Shown here one piece after another: positions 17,722 through 28,299 of a stretch of 64,000 nucleotides of DNA (positions are counted from its first letter, which is position 1; each line of letters starts with the position of its first letter). Below the pieces are notes generated by a model. That model worked only from the letters and a program-made list of their open reading frames with translations. It was not told the DNA's origin and searched no databases. Source of the stretch: an uncultured delta proteobacterium (lineage in GTDB: Bacteria > Desulfobacterota > RBG-13-43-22); the NCBI GenBank assembly GCA_963790475.1, contig CAWBOS010000010.1, positions 192,001-256,000 on the forward strand. Direction: 5' to 3'. Both the position numbers and the translations under genes were made by a program.

Positions 17722-19254
17722 ATGAATGTAGGTGAATGGCCCACTCGTTGGGCGCAGCGCTATCCCGATGAAGCCTGTCTCAAGTATGGAGACCTGCGGT
17801 TAACCAAGAAAGAATTCAACCTGCGTGTCAATCAGGCGGCCAACGCTTTTCTGGAAATCGGCCTAAAGAAAGGGGACCGGGTGGCCGTTCTGATGGCCAA
17901 CAGCAACGTATTTCTTGAGATCCTGTTTGCCATTTCCAAGATCGGCAGCATCATGGTACCGTTGAATTTCCGGTTAGCCCCCCCGGAGCTTGAATTCATC
18001 ATCAACGATTCCGAGCCGGTCATGGTCATCTATTCGCCTGAGTTCCTGACCGTGATGGACGCCCTTCGGGATAAATTACCCTCCGTCAAGCATTACATTT
18101 GTGAACTGGGGGGCGGAGCGGCCGACGATCGAATCTTCGAAGGCTGGATCAAGGACCGTTCGACAGAGGAGCCTGTGATGACCGAGATGGTGGACTTTGA
18201 AGATCCTCATTTTATCATGTATACCTCGGGAACGACCGGTCGTCCGAAAGGGGCCGTGGTCCGGCAGGGCCAGACCCAGTGGAACGCAATCAATGGTATA
18301 CATACCTACATCCAGATTCCACCGGCCGTGAGTCTGTGCAGCGCTCCGCTCTTCCATATCGGCGCCCTCCATGCCTCGGCTACGCCGAACCTTTATGCCG
18401 GGATCGAACTGATTATCCAGCGTTTCTTCGACCCGTCCGCGGCGCTCAAGCTCATTGAAGAAAATAAGGTGACCTCCATGTTCGGCATCCCGGTCATGTT
18501 TTTGTTCATGAGCCAGATGCCCGAGTTCGAGACCACCGATTTTTCCAGTGTCCAGTTTTTCATTGCCGGGGGGTCGCCTTGTCCCCGATCCCTGATCGAG
18601 GCCTACCAGGCCAAGGGGGTGAATTTCACTCAGGGTTACGGCATGACCGAAACCGCCACCGGGGTGACCGCCCTTCGGATGGAGGACTCCATTCGCAAGC
18701 TCGGTTCTTGCGGCAAGCCACTCTTCCACACCTCCATACGCATCGTGGATATGTTCGACAAGGATCTCCCTCAAGGAGAATTAGGGGAGGTACTCATTAA
18801 AGGCCCCACGGTGATTAAGGAGTATTGGCGCCGGCCGGAGGCCACGGCCGAGACCATCGTGGACGGATGGCTTCACTCCGGTGACGTGGGGTATATCGAC
18901 GAGGAGGGCTACCTCTACCTGATCGACCGTCGTAAAGATATGTACATCAGCGGCGGCGAGAACGTCTATCCGGCTGAAGTCGAGGATGTACTGATGCGTA
19001 TGCCCCAAATCGCCGATGCGGGGGTAATCGGGATCCCGGACGAAAAATGGGGGGAAACCGGACTGGCCGTGGTCGTGCTCGCCCCTGGCGAGAAATTAAC
19101 CGAAGACGAGGTCATCGAATATTGTCGGGACAAACTGGCCGGTTATAAACGTCCGCGAAAGGTGAAATTCGTCGAAGTATTGCCGCGGACCCTTACCGGC
19201 AAGATTCTAAAGAAAGAGCTGCGTGCCATGTATGGTGGGCTACAGTCTTCATAA
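17722..19254 (+). CDS. Long-chain fatty acid--CoA ligase (AMP-binding enzyme)
   Basis: YTSGTTGRPKG, GYGMTE, GWLHSGD, SGGENVYP, TGKILK; GGAGG RBS. Confidence 0.92.
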   Translation: MNVGEWPTRWAQRYPDEACLKYGDLRLTKKEFNLRVNQAANAFLEIGLKKGDRVAVLMANSNVFLEILFAISKIGSIMVPLNFRLAPPELEFIINDSEPVMVIYSPEFLTVMDALRDKLPSVKHYICELGGGAADDRIFEGWIKDRSTEEPVMTEMVDFEDPHFIMYTSGTTGRPKGAVVRQGQTQWNAINGIHTYIQIPPAVSLCSAPLFHIGALHASATPNLYAGIELIIQRFFDPSAALKLIEENKVTSMFGIPVMFLFMSQMPEFETTDFSSVQFFIAGGSPCPRSLIEAYQAKGVNFTQGYGMTETATGVTALRMEDSIRKLGSCGKPLFHTSIRIVDMFDKDLPQGELGEVLIKGPTVIKEYWRRPEATAETIVDGWLHSGDVGYIDEEGYLYLIDRRKDMYISGGENVYPAEVEDVLMRMPQIADAGVIGIPDEKWGETGLAVVVLAPGEKLTEDEVIEYCRDKLAGYKRPRKVKFVEVLPRTLTGKILKKELRAMYGGLQSS

Positions 19255-19420
19255 AATGAGGAGCCTATTGCCTGTTTGTTGATGGGACTGTCTGTTAATC
19301 TTAATAGAGGTCGGGCTACTTGAAAAATTTCATTTTACATCAGATGTGAGAAATTTTACCCTTTCAAATGGACCTATAACTCGTTTTCCGAGGGCAAAAA
19401 GATCGTTTTTCACGCTTAGT

Positions 19421-20773
19421 TGATGAATGCCACGACATCGTGGACAGATTTTCATGCCATGACATCGTGGACAAAGGGTTTCTCAACGTAATGTGTAGTT
19501 GAACACCAACTGTTCGGTTTTATCCAAGTAGAGTTTTAGTTTTTGTTCTTTGACATCGATAGTAGCCACTACATATTGATATTCCAACTCGGGAGGCATA
19601 CTAAATATTTCACCGAAGATGTTCAACTTCAGGTTGCTCCGGATAAAGCGGACAAGATGATATCGTCCGAGTTCAGGTTTTTTGAGCCGATGCCGAGGCG
19701 GCTTCTCTTTTTTAGGGAAACGTAGCCTTCGCTTAGCAACCTCCAGGGCTTTCAGTGGCGTTTTGCCGCCCAGTTTACTGTAACGCTAGGAGCTATTGTG
19801 CCTCTGCTCGTAAGCCAGTGACCCCGATAACAGATCCGTCGGCGTGGCCATAAGGGTCTTGGCAAGAAACCGTTGTTCGTAATGGTCATTAAATTTCTCC
19901 ACTACCCCATTACGCCAGGGTTCGGCCATGGGGATGAACCACGGTTCGACTCCGTGATGGAGACACAACCGGATCAGTGGCCCCATACCGCGAGGATGGA
20001 TGGGACTACCGAAAAAAGACATCTCATTATCCACTTGGAGGTTATCCGGTATCCCCAGACGTTTCCAAATAGCCCAGAGGGCATCTATGACATTCTGGCC
20101 CGCTTTGGAGATGGATGGATGTACCCCACAGCGGCCCGTAGCCAGATCGACCACATTGAGGCTATAGAAGCGTAAGGGTCCTGTTAAATAACACGGACCG
20201 ACCCAATCCGCCTGATGGGTTTGATTCGGCACCAAGGAGGGCAGCTTCGGATAGGCTGTGCCCTTGGATTCATAGCGGCCGGTTCGACGATGGGTCAGAC
20301 CCTGGCGACTGAGAATCCGGTCGATAGTCCGAATGGAAGGCAACGGTTGGACGTTGAGTTCTTCCATTTCCCAGTGGATGGCTTGGGCGCCGCAGAACAA
20401 GTCCCGGTTGTAAAGGTTCAGACGCACCAACTTGACGATTTCTTCAATCTCCGGCGGGGTACGTGTCGGAGTGATCAGAGGTCGCTGGGACCGACTTTCT
20501 ACCCAGAAAGGATCGCCTTCTAAAAAACGGTTAACCCACTTGTACAACCACGTTTTCGAGCAACTTAGGGAGACACAAATGGATTCCGGTTTCTCCCCGT
20601 TAATAAAACGCTGTACGGCCCAAGTCCTTTGTTGCTGAATCTCATCAATCATGAACACCTCCATTTTGGTTTTGGTGTCCATGATTGTGACAGAGAGGCT
20701 ATTCGATTGTCACAGAACGTTGTTCACGATGTTATGGCACATTATTTAGTTCACGATGTCATGGCATTTAACA
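19421..20773 (-). mobile_element. IS element (IS481-like, integrase-core DDE transposase)
   Basis: 25-bp TIRs TGATGAATGCCACGACATCGTGGAC / TGTTAAATGCCATGACATCGTGAAC (21/25), each end with a second internal 19-bp copy. Confidence 0.88.
19483..20682 (-). pseudogene. Transposase with an in-frame TAG at 19786-19788
   Basis: HTH plus HQAD, QVDN and NGVVEKFN DDE motifs; the frame continues 100 codons past the TAG (RYSKLGGKTP...). Confidence 0.85.
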
Positions 20774-20842
20774 TTTAGGCAATATGGCCAGAGGTACAGA
20801 TGGTTTCGAGGTAGGGTTGGTCTGGTCCGACCCCGTTTAACG

Positions 20843-21120
20843 GCGGCATTAACTCCTCCCCTTGTTCTATTTCCAAATTCATCTGTCATGACCGTCACTC
20901 CCACATCTTCGGGGCGGTACATAGTCGCAGAGCTTAGTTGGTTGGCACCTTTCAAAGTTTCCCTCAATATATGGAAATCTTCCCACACAAATATGGAACT
21001 TCCTCCAGATATGGGGAGCCAACTCATCGTTTCAACACTCTTTATTGTTCTCCCTCGTTAGTCAAACCCTACAATATCAGGTCTGTTTTCAGACTTTTTC
21101 TTTCCTCCCGGCTAATGGTA
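20843..21120. repeat. 278-bp direct repeat, copy 1
   Basis: Ungapped match to 27142-27419, ~83% identity by hand count. Confidence 0.85.
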
Positions 21121-21239
21121 CGCTGTTTGCACCAATATTTGGTGTCTTGAAAGAATTTACAGGCAGGATTTCCCGTATAGAACCAGAGACCCAATTTTTC
21201 ATGGGAGAGGTGGGGTTTTTTGTTTAACTCTAACATCTG

Positions 21240-23087
21240 ATGGGTGACCTTACGAAAGATGATAATAAGACCAGAGGGAAACTCATACAGGAACTGTCGG
21301 AACTGCGCTTGCAAAATGCCGCTCTGGGAAAAACAATAACCGGGAATAGGTCGGCCGAGCTTGCGGTCGAGAAGGGCCGCTATGCCGAGAGAATCATCGA
21401 CACCCTGCATGAACCCTTAATCGTTCTGGACCACGATTTAAGGGTGGTCTCCGCCAACGACTTCTTCTATGAAGTCTTTAAGGTAAAACCTGAAAAGACT
21501 GTGGGACAGTTTATTTACGATCTGGGCAATAAACAGTGGAATATCCCCAAGCTGCGAGAACTGCTGGAAACCATACTTCCCTCGAAGGCTACCTTCGATA
21601 ACTATGAGGTTGAACACTATTTTCCTTCCATCGGCAGGCATATAATGCTTTTGAATGCCCGGGAAATTAAAAAAGTGTTGGGCCAAGAGGAGATCATCCT
21701 CCTGGCTATCGAGGACATCACCGAGCGCAAGCGAATTGAAAGCTTAGTAACGGAGTCTGAAGGGCTCTACCGGGGAGTTTTTGAGACTGCAAGTGATGGG
21801 ATTATGCTTCTCGAAAAACGAGAAGGGAAGATAACCCATACTAACCCGGCGGTCGAGAGGATGTTGGGCTATTCCACAAAAGAGTGCATCGGGAGTAAAC
21901 TTAATGACATCGGTTTTGTGCTCGATTTGAGTGATTTCCAAACGACGATGTTAAATTTGAACAAGAACGGTGTTATTAACTACACTGACGTTCCGGTAAC
22001 GACCAGGACCGGGCAACATATAGATACGGATATATATCTCGTAGACAAGACCAGGGTGGTACAATGCAATATTCGTGACATAACCGACCGCAAACAGGCG
22101 GCGGAAGCCTTGCGGGAGAGCGAGTTTCGCTACCATTTGTTGTTCGATGAAGCCCAGGACGGGATAGCTCTGGCCAACGAAGAGACTGGCGAGATATTGG
22201 ACTGCAACCAGGCCCTGTGCTTTATGACGGGAAAAAATAAGACCGAAATTCTGGGACAGCCCCAGAGTATCCTTCATTCACCGCATCGCTTGATTAACGG
22301 ACATTCATCGAGCTTCCCTGTTCCTGAGACTGAAGATCCGGGAAAGAGTATCGAAGATAACCTGTTATCCAAAAGCGGCAAAATGATCCCGGTGGAAATC
22401 AGATCCTCAAGGGTCCGGACCAACGGCGGTGATTATCTCCTGGGCATATTCCGTGACATCACCGACCGCAAGCTGGCGGAGAAGAAACTTCTACAGATCC
22501 TCGTAAGGCTCAGGAAGGCACTTAACACGACCATCCAGGTCATGGTGTCCACCATAGAGACAAAGGATCCTTACACCGCCGGTCACCAGATCCGCTCTGC
22601 GACCCTTGCCTGGGCCATTGCCATCGAGATGGGACTTACCCAGGATAAAATCGATGGTCTCCGCATGGCCAGTTCCATCCATGACATTGGAAAACTTTCC
22701 ATACCTGCTGAAATATTGTCCAAGCCGACAAAACTGTCTGAAATCGAATTTTCCCTCATTAAAGAACACCCTCAGAAGGGATATGAGATTCTCAGGAATA
22801 TAGAATCCCCCTGGCCCCTGGCAGAGATAGTCTTCCAGCACCATGAGCGGATGGACGGCTCAGGGTATCCCCGGGGTTTGAAGGGAGATGACATCCTGGT
22901 TGAGGCTCGGGTCCTTATGGTGGCTGATGTTGTTGAGGCCATGGCCACCCACCGTCCCTACCGTCCGGCTTTGGGGATTGATAAAGCCCTGGAAGAAATC
23001 TCTCACAACAAAGGGATCCTTTATGATCCGGAAGTCGTGGAGGTCTGCTTGAGACTTTTTAATGAAAAGGGATATAAACTCGATTGA
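21240..23087 (+). CDS. PAS-domain HD-GYP c-di-GMP phosphodiesterase
   Basis: Three PAS repeats (DITxRK ends); YTAGH, IHDIGK, HHERMDGSGYP. Confidence 0.92.
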   Translation: MGDLTKDDNKTRGKLIQELSELRLQNAALGKTITGNRSAELAVEKGRYAERIIDTLHEPLIVLDHDLRVVSANDFFYEVFKVKPEKTVGQFIYDLGNKQWNIPKLRELLETILPSKATFDNYEVEHYFPSIGRHIMLLNAREIKKVLGQEEIILLAIEDITERKRIESLVTESEGLYRGVFETASDGIMLLEKREGKITHTNPAVERMLGYSTKECIGSKLNDIGFVLDLSDFQTTMLNLNKNGVINYTDVPVTTRTGQHIDTDIYLVDKTRVVQCNIRDITDRKQAAEALRESEFRYHLLFDEAQDGIALANEETGEILDCNQALCFMTGKNKTEILGQPQSILHSPHRLINGHSSSFPVPETEDPGKSIEDNLLSKSGKMIPVEIRSSRVRTNGGDYLLGIFRDITDRKLAEKKLLQILVRLRKALNTTIQVMVSTIETKDPYTAGHQIRSATLAWAIAIEMGLTQDKIDGLRMASSIHDIGKLSIPAEILSKPTKLSEIEFSLIKEHPQKGYEILRNIESPWPLAEIVFQHHERMDGSGYPRGLKGDDILVEARVLMVADVVEAMATHRPYRPALGIDKALEEISHNKGILYDPEVVEVCLRLFNEKGYKLD

Positions 23088-23234
23088 TAATTTCATAGGA
23101 CATCACGTTTTTTGAGTTAAATGCCTAAGCAAGCAAGGGTAATTATTCTAATAAGTTGTTTTAAAATCAACTCAAGCATTTTGTGCCTTGTGCACACAGC
23201 CTGGGGTATTTGTTTTTTAAGGAGGGCTTAAGAA

Positions 23235-24545
23235 ATGAAAGATAAAAAGCAGACGGAAGAGCCAAGGATTGAAGTGCTCTTAGAGTATGCCAATAGTATC
23301 ATTGCTACACTTAGGGAGCCATTTTTGGTTTTGGATGAGAAATTGCGAGTCATTTCTATCAACCAGGCTTTCTATAACACCTTCGAGGTTGCAGAAAAAG
23401 ATACCATAGGGCGATTACTTCCCGATTTAGGTGACGGGCAATGGAATATTCCTAAGCTGCTTCAGCTATTAAAAGAAATTATACCGAAAAAAAAAGTTGT
23501 GAAAGATTATGAGGTCGAGCATAAATTTGAGCAAATTGGACAGCGAGTCATGGTCCTGAATGCCTGTCAGTTGCGTGTCCCTGAGAAAATAGCAGCAATA
23601 ATAACGGCAGGGGTAAGAAAAGAAGAAGAAGAGTTAATCCTGATAGCTATTGAAGACATTACTGAGCGTAAGCGTTTACAGGAAGAATTAAGGGAGTCAG
23701 AGGAGCGTTATCGCCGAGCCTTTGAAACATCGAGGAATGCATCGTTGCTTGTGCATAAAATTGAAGCCGATATTCTTAATTCTAATGAATCTGCTCAGGA
23801 ATTCTTGGGTTATTCCTCAGAGGAGTTTTCGAAAAAGAAACTATGGGAAATCGGGGTCATTAAAAACGCTAAGGACTTTCAAGAGACGGTGTCAATATTG
23901 GAAAGAGAAGGGGTGATTCATTACCAAGACACACCGCTGACAACTAAGAAAGGCCTGAGCCTAAATGCCGATGTTTTCTTGGTTGACAAGGCAAAAGTTA
24001 TCCAATGCACCCTCCTGGACATCGCCGAGCGCAAGGAAGCGGAAGAAGCATTAAAGGAATCTGAACTGAGATTCAAGACCATCTTTAATGAATCTATGGA
24101 TGGGATGCTTTTAGCAGAAATAGGGAGAAGGCGATTTTTCATGTGCAATCCCAAAATTTGCCTGATGTTAGGATATAGCGAAGAAGAACTGATGGGCCTG
24201 GGAGTTGACGACATCCATCCTGAGGAAGATCTGCCGTTGGTGGTTGAAAAGTTTGAGCGACAAGCGAAAGGAGAAAATAAACTTGCGGTGGGTCTCCCGG
24301 TGAAGAGAAAAGACGGCAGCATTTTTTATGCGGATATTGGTACTTCACAGGTTAGCCTATCCGGCAAAAAATATCTTATGAGAAGCTTCAGGGATATTAC
24401 CGACAGCAAGAAAATACAGGATGAATTAAAAGAGAAGATGCAGGACTTGGAGCGGTTCAGTAAATTTGCCGTGGATAGGGAATTGAAGATGGAAGAACTG
24501 GAGAAGAAGATAAATAAGCTTGAGGAAAAGCTGGAAGCCAGATGA
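23235..24545 (+). CDS. Multi-PAS sensor protein without an output domain
   Basis: Three PAS repeats and a C-terminal coiled coil (DRELKMEELEKKI). Confidence 0.85.
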   Translation: MKDKKQTEEPRIEVLLEYANSIIATLREPFLVLDEKLRVISINQAFYNTFEVAEKDTIGRLLPDLGDGQWNIPKLLQLLKEIIPKKKVVKDYEVEHKFEQIGQRVMVLNACQLRVPEKIAAIITAGVRKEEEELILIAIEDITERKRLQEELRESEERYRRAFETSRNASLLVHKIEADILNSNESAQEFLGYSSEEFSKKKLWEIGVIKNAKDFQETVSILEREGVIHYQDTPLTTKKGLSLNADVFLVDKAKVIQCTLLDIAERKEAEEALKESELRFKTIFNESMDGMLLAEIGRRRFFMCNPKICLMLGYSEEELMGLGVDDIHPEEDLPLVVEKFERQAKGENKLAVGLPVKRKDGSIFYADIGTSQVSLSGKKYLMRSFRDITDSKKIQDELKEKMQDLERFSKFAVDRELKMEELEKKINKLEEKLEAR

Positions 24546-26227
24546 GATCTGAAGGCGAGATCGGGAAAAGGATGGCCCTTAAAGAAGAACGAGAGAAAAT
24601 CTTGGACAAGAAAGTATATTTGGAAAGCATTATGTCCTCGATGACGGATGCTCTGATGGTGATTAATTCCGACGCCACGCTTAGGTCAGTCAACAAAGCG
24701 GCCTTGGATCTGTTGGGTTACCAGGAAGATGAGCTTATCGGCCAACCGATAAAAAAAATATTTCTGCAAGAAAAAGAAAAAGAAGAAGAAAAAGAAGAAA
24801 CCTTTCTGCATAAATACTTTCAAGAAATAATTGTCGCCGGCGTAGCGTATAACATCGGCTTAACTTTTCTTACCAAACAGGGCAAGGCCATTCCGGTAAA
24901 TTTTAGCGGTGCGGTGATGCAGCAAGACGGTAAGATTATCGGCATGGTGGGTGTGGCCAGAGATATGCGTCAAATCATGGGCATCATAAGTGATTTGGAG
25001 AAGAAGGATAGGGAGCTTGAGGATCGCAGCAATAATTTAACCCGGATGCGGAGGGCTATGTTGCACATGATGGGCGATTTGGATAGTGCTAAAAAGGAAG
25101 CCGAGAAGGCGGAAAAAGAGCTGAGGAAGTTAGACCGGTTGAAGAGGGATTTTATTTCTACTGTTTCTCACGAACTACGTACGCCGCTGGCTATTACTAA
25201 AGAAGGCCTAAGCCTTATTTTGGATAAGATCCCCGGCAAAATAAATGAACAACAGGAAAAGATACTGAGTACCGCAAGAAGCAATATTGACCGGTTAGCC
25301 AGAATCATCGATGATCTCCTTGATGTATCCAAGATTGAGGCCGGCAAGGTTGAGTTAAAGAGAGGATTAGTGGATATAGCCGGGTTGATAAGAAAAACAG
25401 CTTCTTCTTTTGACTTGAATCTAAAGGAAAAAAACCTGGAGTTAAAAATCTATGTTCCCGAAAAACAGATCAATGCCTTTGTAGATCCGGATAAACTGAT
25501 TCAGGTTTTTACCAACCTGATAGGAAATGCCTTAAAATTCACGGATAGAGGTTATATAGAAATTTCACTGCAAGAGAAAGAAAAAGAAATTGAGTGTGTT
25601 GTGGCCGATACCGGTTTAGGTATTAGTGAGGAAGATCTGCCTAAAGTATTCGGTAAATTTGAACAGTTTGGCCGCCTGCCCGGCCCGGGAGAAAAAGGCA
25701 CAGGCTTGGGCCTGGCTATTACCAAAGGAATTATTGAACTTCATGAAGGCAAAATCCGGGTGGAGAGTAAACTTGGCCAGGGAGCAAAATTTAGTTTTAT
25801 TCTGCCTAAATATCCGGCTGAAGACATTTTTAAGGAATACCTTAATATCGGGATGAGAGTGGCCATGGACCAGAAGGTCCACATGAACTTAATCGTTATC
25901 TCTATTCTTGAGTTTAAGAAATTAAAACAGGGGCTTTCAGATGAGAAAATGGATATTATTTTAAGAAATATGAAGGTAATTATCGAAGATACTTTACGCC
26001 AGGAAGGGGATGCGGTGTTTAGTGATTCCGGCGAGATGATGATTATTCTGGCCGGCTGCGATAAAAAAGGGGCTTTGAGTGTAAAAAATAAGTTAAGAGG
26101 AGCTTTGGATAAGTATTTATCCAATGAGAAATTACCTCAAGATATTAAATTAAGGTTCGGTTCTGCGGTTTATCCGGATGAAGCTGAAAATTATGAAGAA
26201 TTAATTAAAAAAGCTAAGGAGGATTAG
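24542..26227 (+). CDS. PAS histidine kinase with a degenerate GGDEF-like C-terminal domain
   Basis: SHELRTPL H-box, NLIGNALKF, DTGLGI, GTGLGL. Confidence 0.9.
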   Translation: MRSEGEIGKRMALKEEREKILDKKVYLESIMSSMTDALMVINSDATLRSVNKAALDLLGYQEDELIGQPIKKIFLQEKEKEEEKEETFLHKYFQEIIVAGVAYNIGLTFLTKQGKAIPVNFSGAVMQQDGKIIGMVGVARDMRQIMGIISDLEKKDRELEDRSNNLTRMRRAMLHMMGDLDSAKKEAEKAEKELRKLDRLKRDFISTVSHELRTPLAITKEGLSLILDKIPGKINEQQEKILSTARSNIDRLARIIDDLLDVSKIEAGKVELKRGLVDIAGLIRKTASSFDLNLKEKNLELKIYVPEKQINAFVDPDKLIQVFTNLIGNALKFTDRGYIEISLQEKEKEIECVVADTGLGISEEDLPKVFGKFEQFGRLPGPGEKGTGLGLAITKGIIELHEGKIRVESKLGQGAKFSFILPKYPAEDIFKEYLNIGMRVAMDQKVHMNLIVISILEFKKLKQGLSDEKMDIILRNMKVIIEDTLRQEGDAVFSDSGEMMIILAGCDKKGALSVKNKLRGALDKYLSNEKLPQDIKLRFGSAVYPDEAENYEELIKKAKED

Positions 26228-26233
26228 AGAATT

Positions 26234-26602
26234 ATGGGGAAAAGAATATTAATCGCAGATGATGAAAAGGATTGGGTAAAGATGCTGGCCATAAGGTTAG
26301 GACACGAAGGCTATCAGATAGAAGGGGCATTCGATACCGTACAAGCTACGGCACAGGCAATCAAATTGCTACCGGATCTAATACTTTTGGATATCATGAT
26401 GCCTGGAGGCGGAGGATTGCAGGCATTGAAGAATATAAGAGCACACCTCAAAACATTCACTATACCCGCAATAGTACTTACGGCAAGAGGGGATAGGGAA
26501 ACAAAAGAAGCTGCAGAAGGGATGGGTATCTCCGGATATTTTATCAAGACTGAGAGCACAGTCGACCTTGTGGCTAAAATAAAAGAAGTGCTTGGCGAAT
26601 AA
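26234..26602 (+). CDS. Single-domain response regulator
   Basis: ILIADDE, LLDIMMP, VLTA. Confidence 0.88.
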   Translation: MGKRILIADDEKDWVKMLAIRLGHEGYQIEGAFDTVQATAQAIKLLPDLILLDIMMPGGGGLQALKNIRAHLKTFTIPAIVLTARGDRETKEAAEGMGISGYFIKTESTVDLVAKIKEVLGE

Positions 26603-26642
26603 CCAGCCGGGTTTTTAATTTAAAAAGGAGAGGAGATTCCCG

Positions 26643-27086
26643 ATGAAGAAAAAGGTATTAGTAGTGGATGATGAGCCGGACTTTGTAGAATTCTTGAGTA
26701 TTAGATTAAAAAGCAGCGGCTACGATGTCATAAGTGCCTCGAATGGGGAAAGTGGCCTAAAAAAAGCACAAGAAGAAAAGCCTGACCTGATTGTCCTGGA
26801 TATTCTTATGCCGAAAATCAATGGCTTTGAGGTGTGTAAACGTTTAAAAGAAAATGAATTTACCAAAGATATGCCGGTGATTATGTTGACCGCATTAGCC
26901 CGAGACCAGGATTTATCCAAAGGGTTAAGAGAGGGAGCGGATTGTTTTATTACCAAGCCATTTAATTCCGTGGATTTATTATCTGAAATAAAGACAGCCC
27001 TTACGGTTAACCAATATAAATCAACTATTAAACTTAATAATAACACGGGGGGAGGAAGAAGCGTAGTCATTGGGGGGAGATCTTGA
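26643..27086 (+). CDS. Single-domain response regulator
   Basis: VLVVDDE, VLDILMP, MLTA, TKPF. Confidence 0.9.
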   Translation: MKKKVLVVDDEPDFVEFLSIRLKSSGYDVISASNGESGLKKAQEEKPDLIVLDILMPKINGFEVCKRLKENEFTKDMPVIMLTALARDQDLSKGLREGADCFITKPFNSVDLLSEIKTALTVNQYKSTIKLNNNTGGGRSVVIGGRS

Positions 27087-27141
27087 ATGACTATTTGTAA
27101 TCCATACCCTATTTGAGAGGAGGCCCGGATATTTTGATTCA

Positions 27142-27419
27142 GCGGCATTAGCTCCTCCCCTTGTTCTATTTCCAAATGAATCTGTGACGACGCTCACTCA
27201 CACATCTTTGGGACGGTGCACAGTTGCAGAGCCGAGTTGTTTGGCACCTTTCAAAGTTTCCCGCAATATATGGAAATCATCCCATAAAAATATGGAAGTT
27301 CCTCCTGGTATAGAGAGCGAACTCACCGTGTCAATCTTCCTGATGGTTCCCCCCTGTTAATCAAACCCTGCAATATCAGGTCTGTTTTCAAACCTTTTCT
27401 TTTACCCTGACTAACGGCA
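27142..27419. repeat. 278-bp direct repeat, copy 2
   Basis: Ungapped match to 20843-21120. Confidence 0.85.
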
Positions 27420-27544
27420 TGATAGTTGCGGTAATATTTAAGTAAAAGAGAATGTAATGCCTGATCCGTAATAAAGTAATTTCTAAAGAAAACTTTAAAT
27501 CTTAACATTCCTATCAATTAACTTTGGGTAGAGAGGAGAATAAC

Positions 27545-27754
27545 ATGAAATATCAAATTACAATTCCCAGGTCCCCTTTAGAATCAGAAGTGGGAAAATG
27601 TATCACCCTGGTCCTGCCTAATGGCAGAGCAGTGGTCCTGGATTGGAATGAGACCCAAGGCGGGAAACCAGTGTATGCCGGTATCTACCAATTAAAATCA
27701 AAAGAAGTTAGATGGTTAGAGGTATGTGATCAAGCCAGCATTACCGCAATCTAA
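27545..27754 (+). CDS. Small hypothetical protein
   Basis: AGGAG RBS before ATG 27545; 69 aa. Confidence 0.5.
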   Translation: MKYQITIPRSPLESEVGKCITLVLPNGRAVVLDWNETQGGKPVYAGIYQLKSKEVRWLEVCDQASITAI

Positions 27755-28299
27755 CCCTTTGACTATGGGTTGTGTGGAGAACGACAATGAGAAAAATTTC
27801 CTAAGTGTCCTGTGAGGTATCATCCATCCTTTAAAGATAGTTCATTTTTTCCGGTAATGCTTCTTTATATAGGTTAAAGCCCTTCAGAACCTCCTCATTG
27901 GTTCCGCTTTTGTCCAGGGGAAATCGCTGTGACAAATCCTAATAATTATCTTCTGCCTGGTTTGTGTCTCACGAGACTTCCTGATCAAGCGATCCCGGTA
28001 CATATTTCCCAAAGCTTGCCCTGAATACCCCTGAAATTGTTTTGATACCCTGTACCTTGCTGCCGGCATTATAGCGGGGGAATAGCTTCGAGTGCTTTTC
28101 TCTGAATTCAATTCAGGAAGTTATTTTGGCAGGAAATTGAGGACTCTTCTTAAATACCCGATTTATAGAATCTTGATCAAATTAGTCATTATAATTAGTT
28201 GCTTAAAGACTTTGTTATTGACAGGTTATTAATTCTTTACGTAAAATAGAGGTCAGAAAATACACGGGAAATGATAATCCGGAAATCAGGACACCTATC

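Noticed and set aside
19421-19475. Tandem 19-bp repeats as a CRISPR array
   Set aside because: There are only two units per side, inverted relative to the other end, so they are IS terminal repeats; no cas genes are present
20746-21027. 93-aa ORF inside the 278-bp repeat as a real gene
   Set aside because: The same frame has a stop in the second copy, and its 3' end runs into the IS terminus
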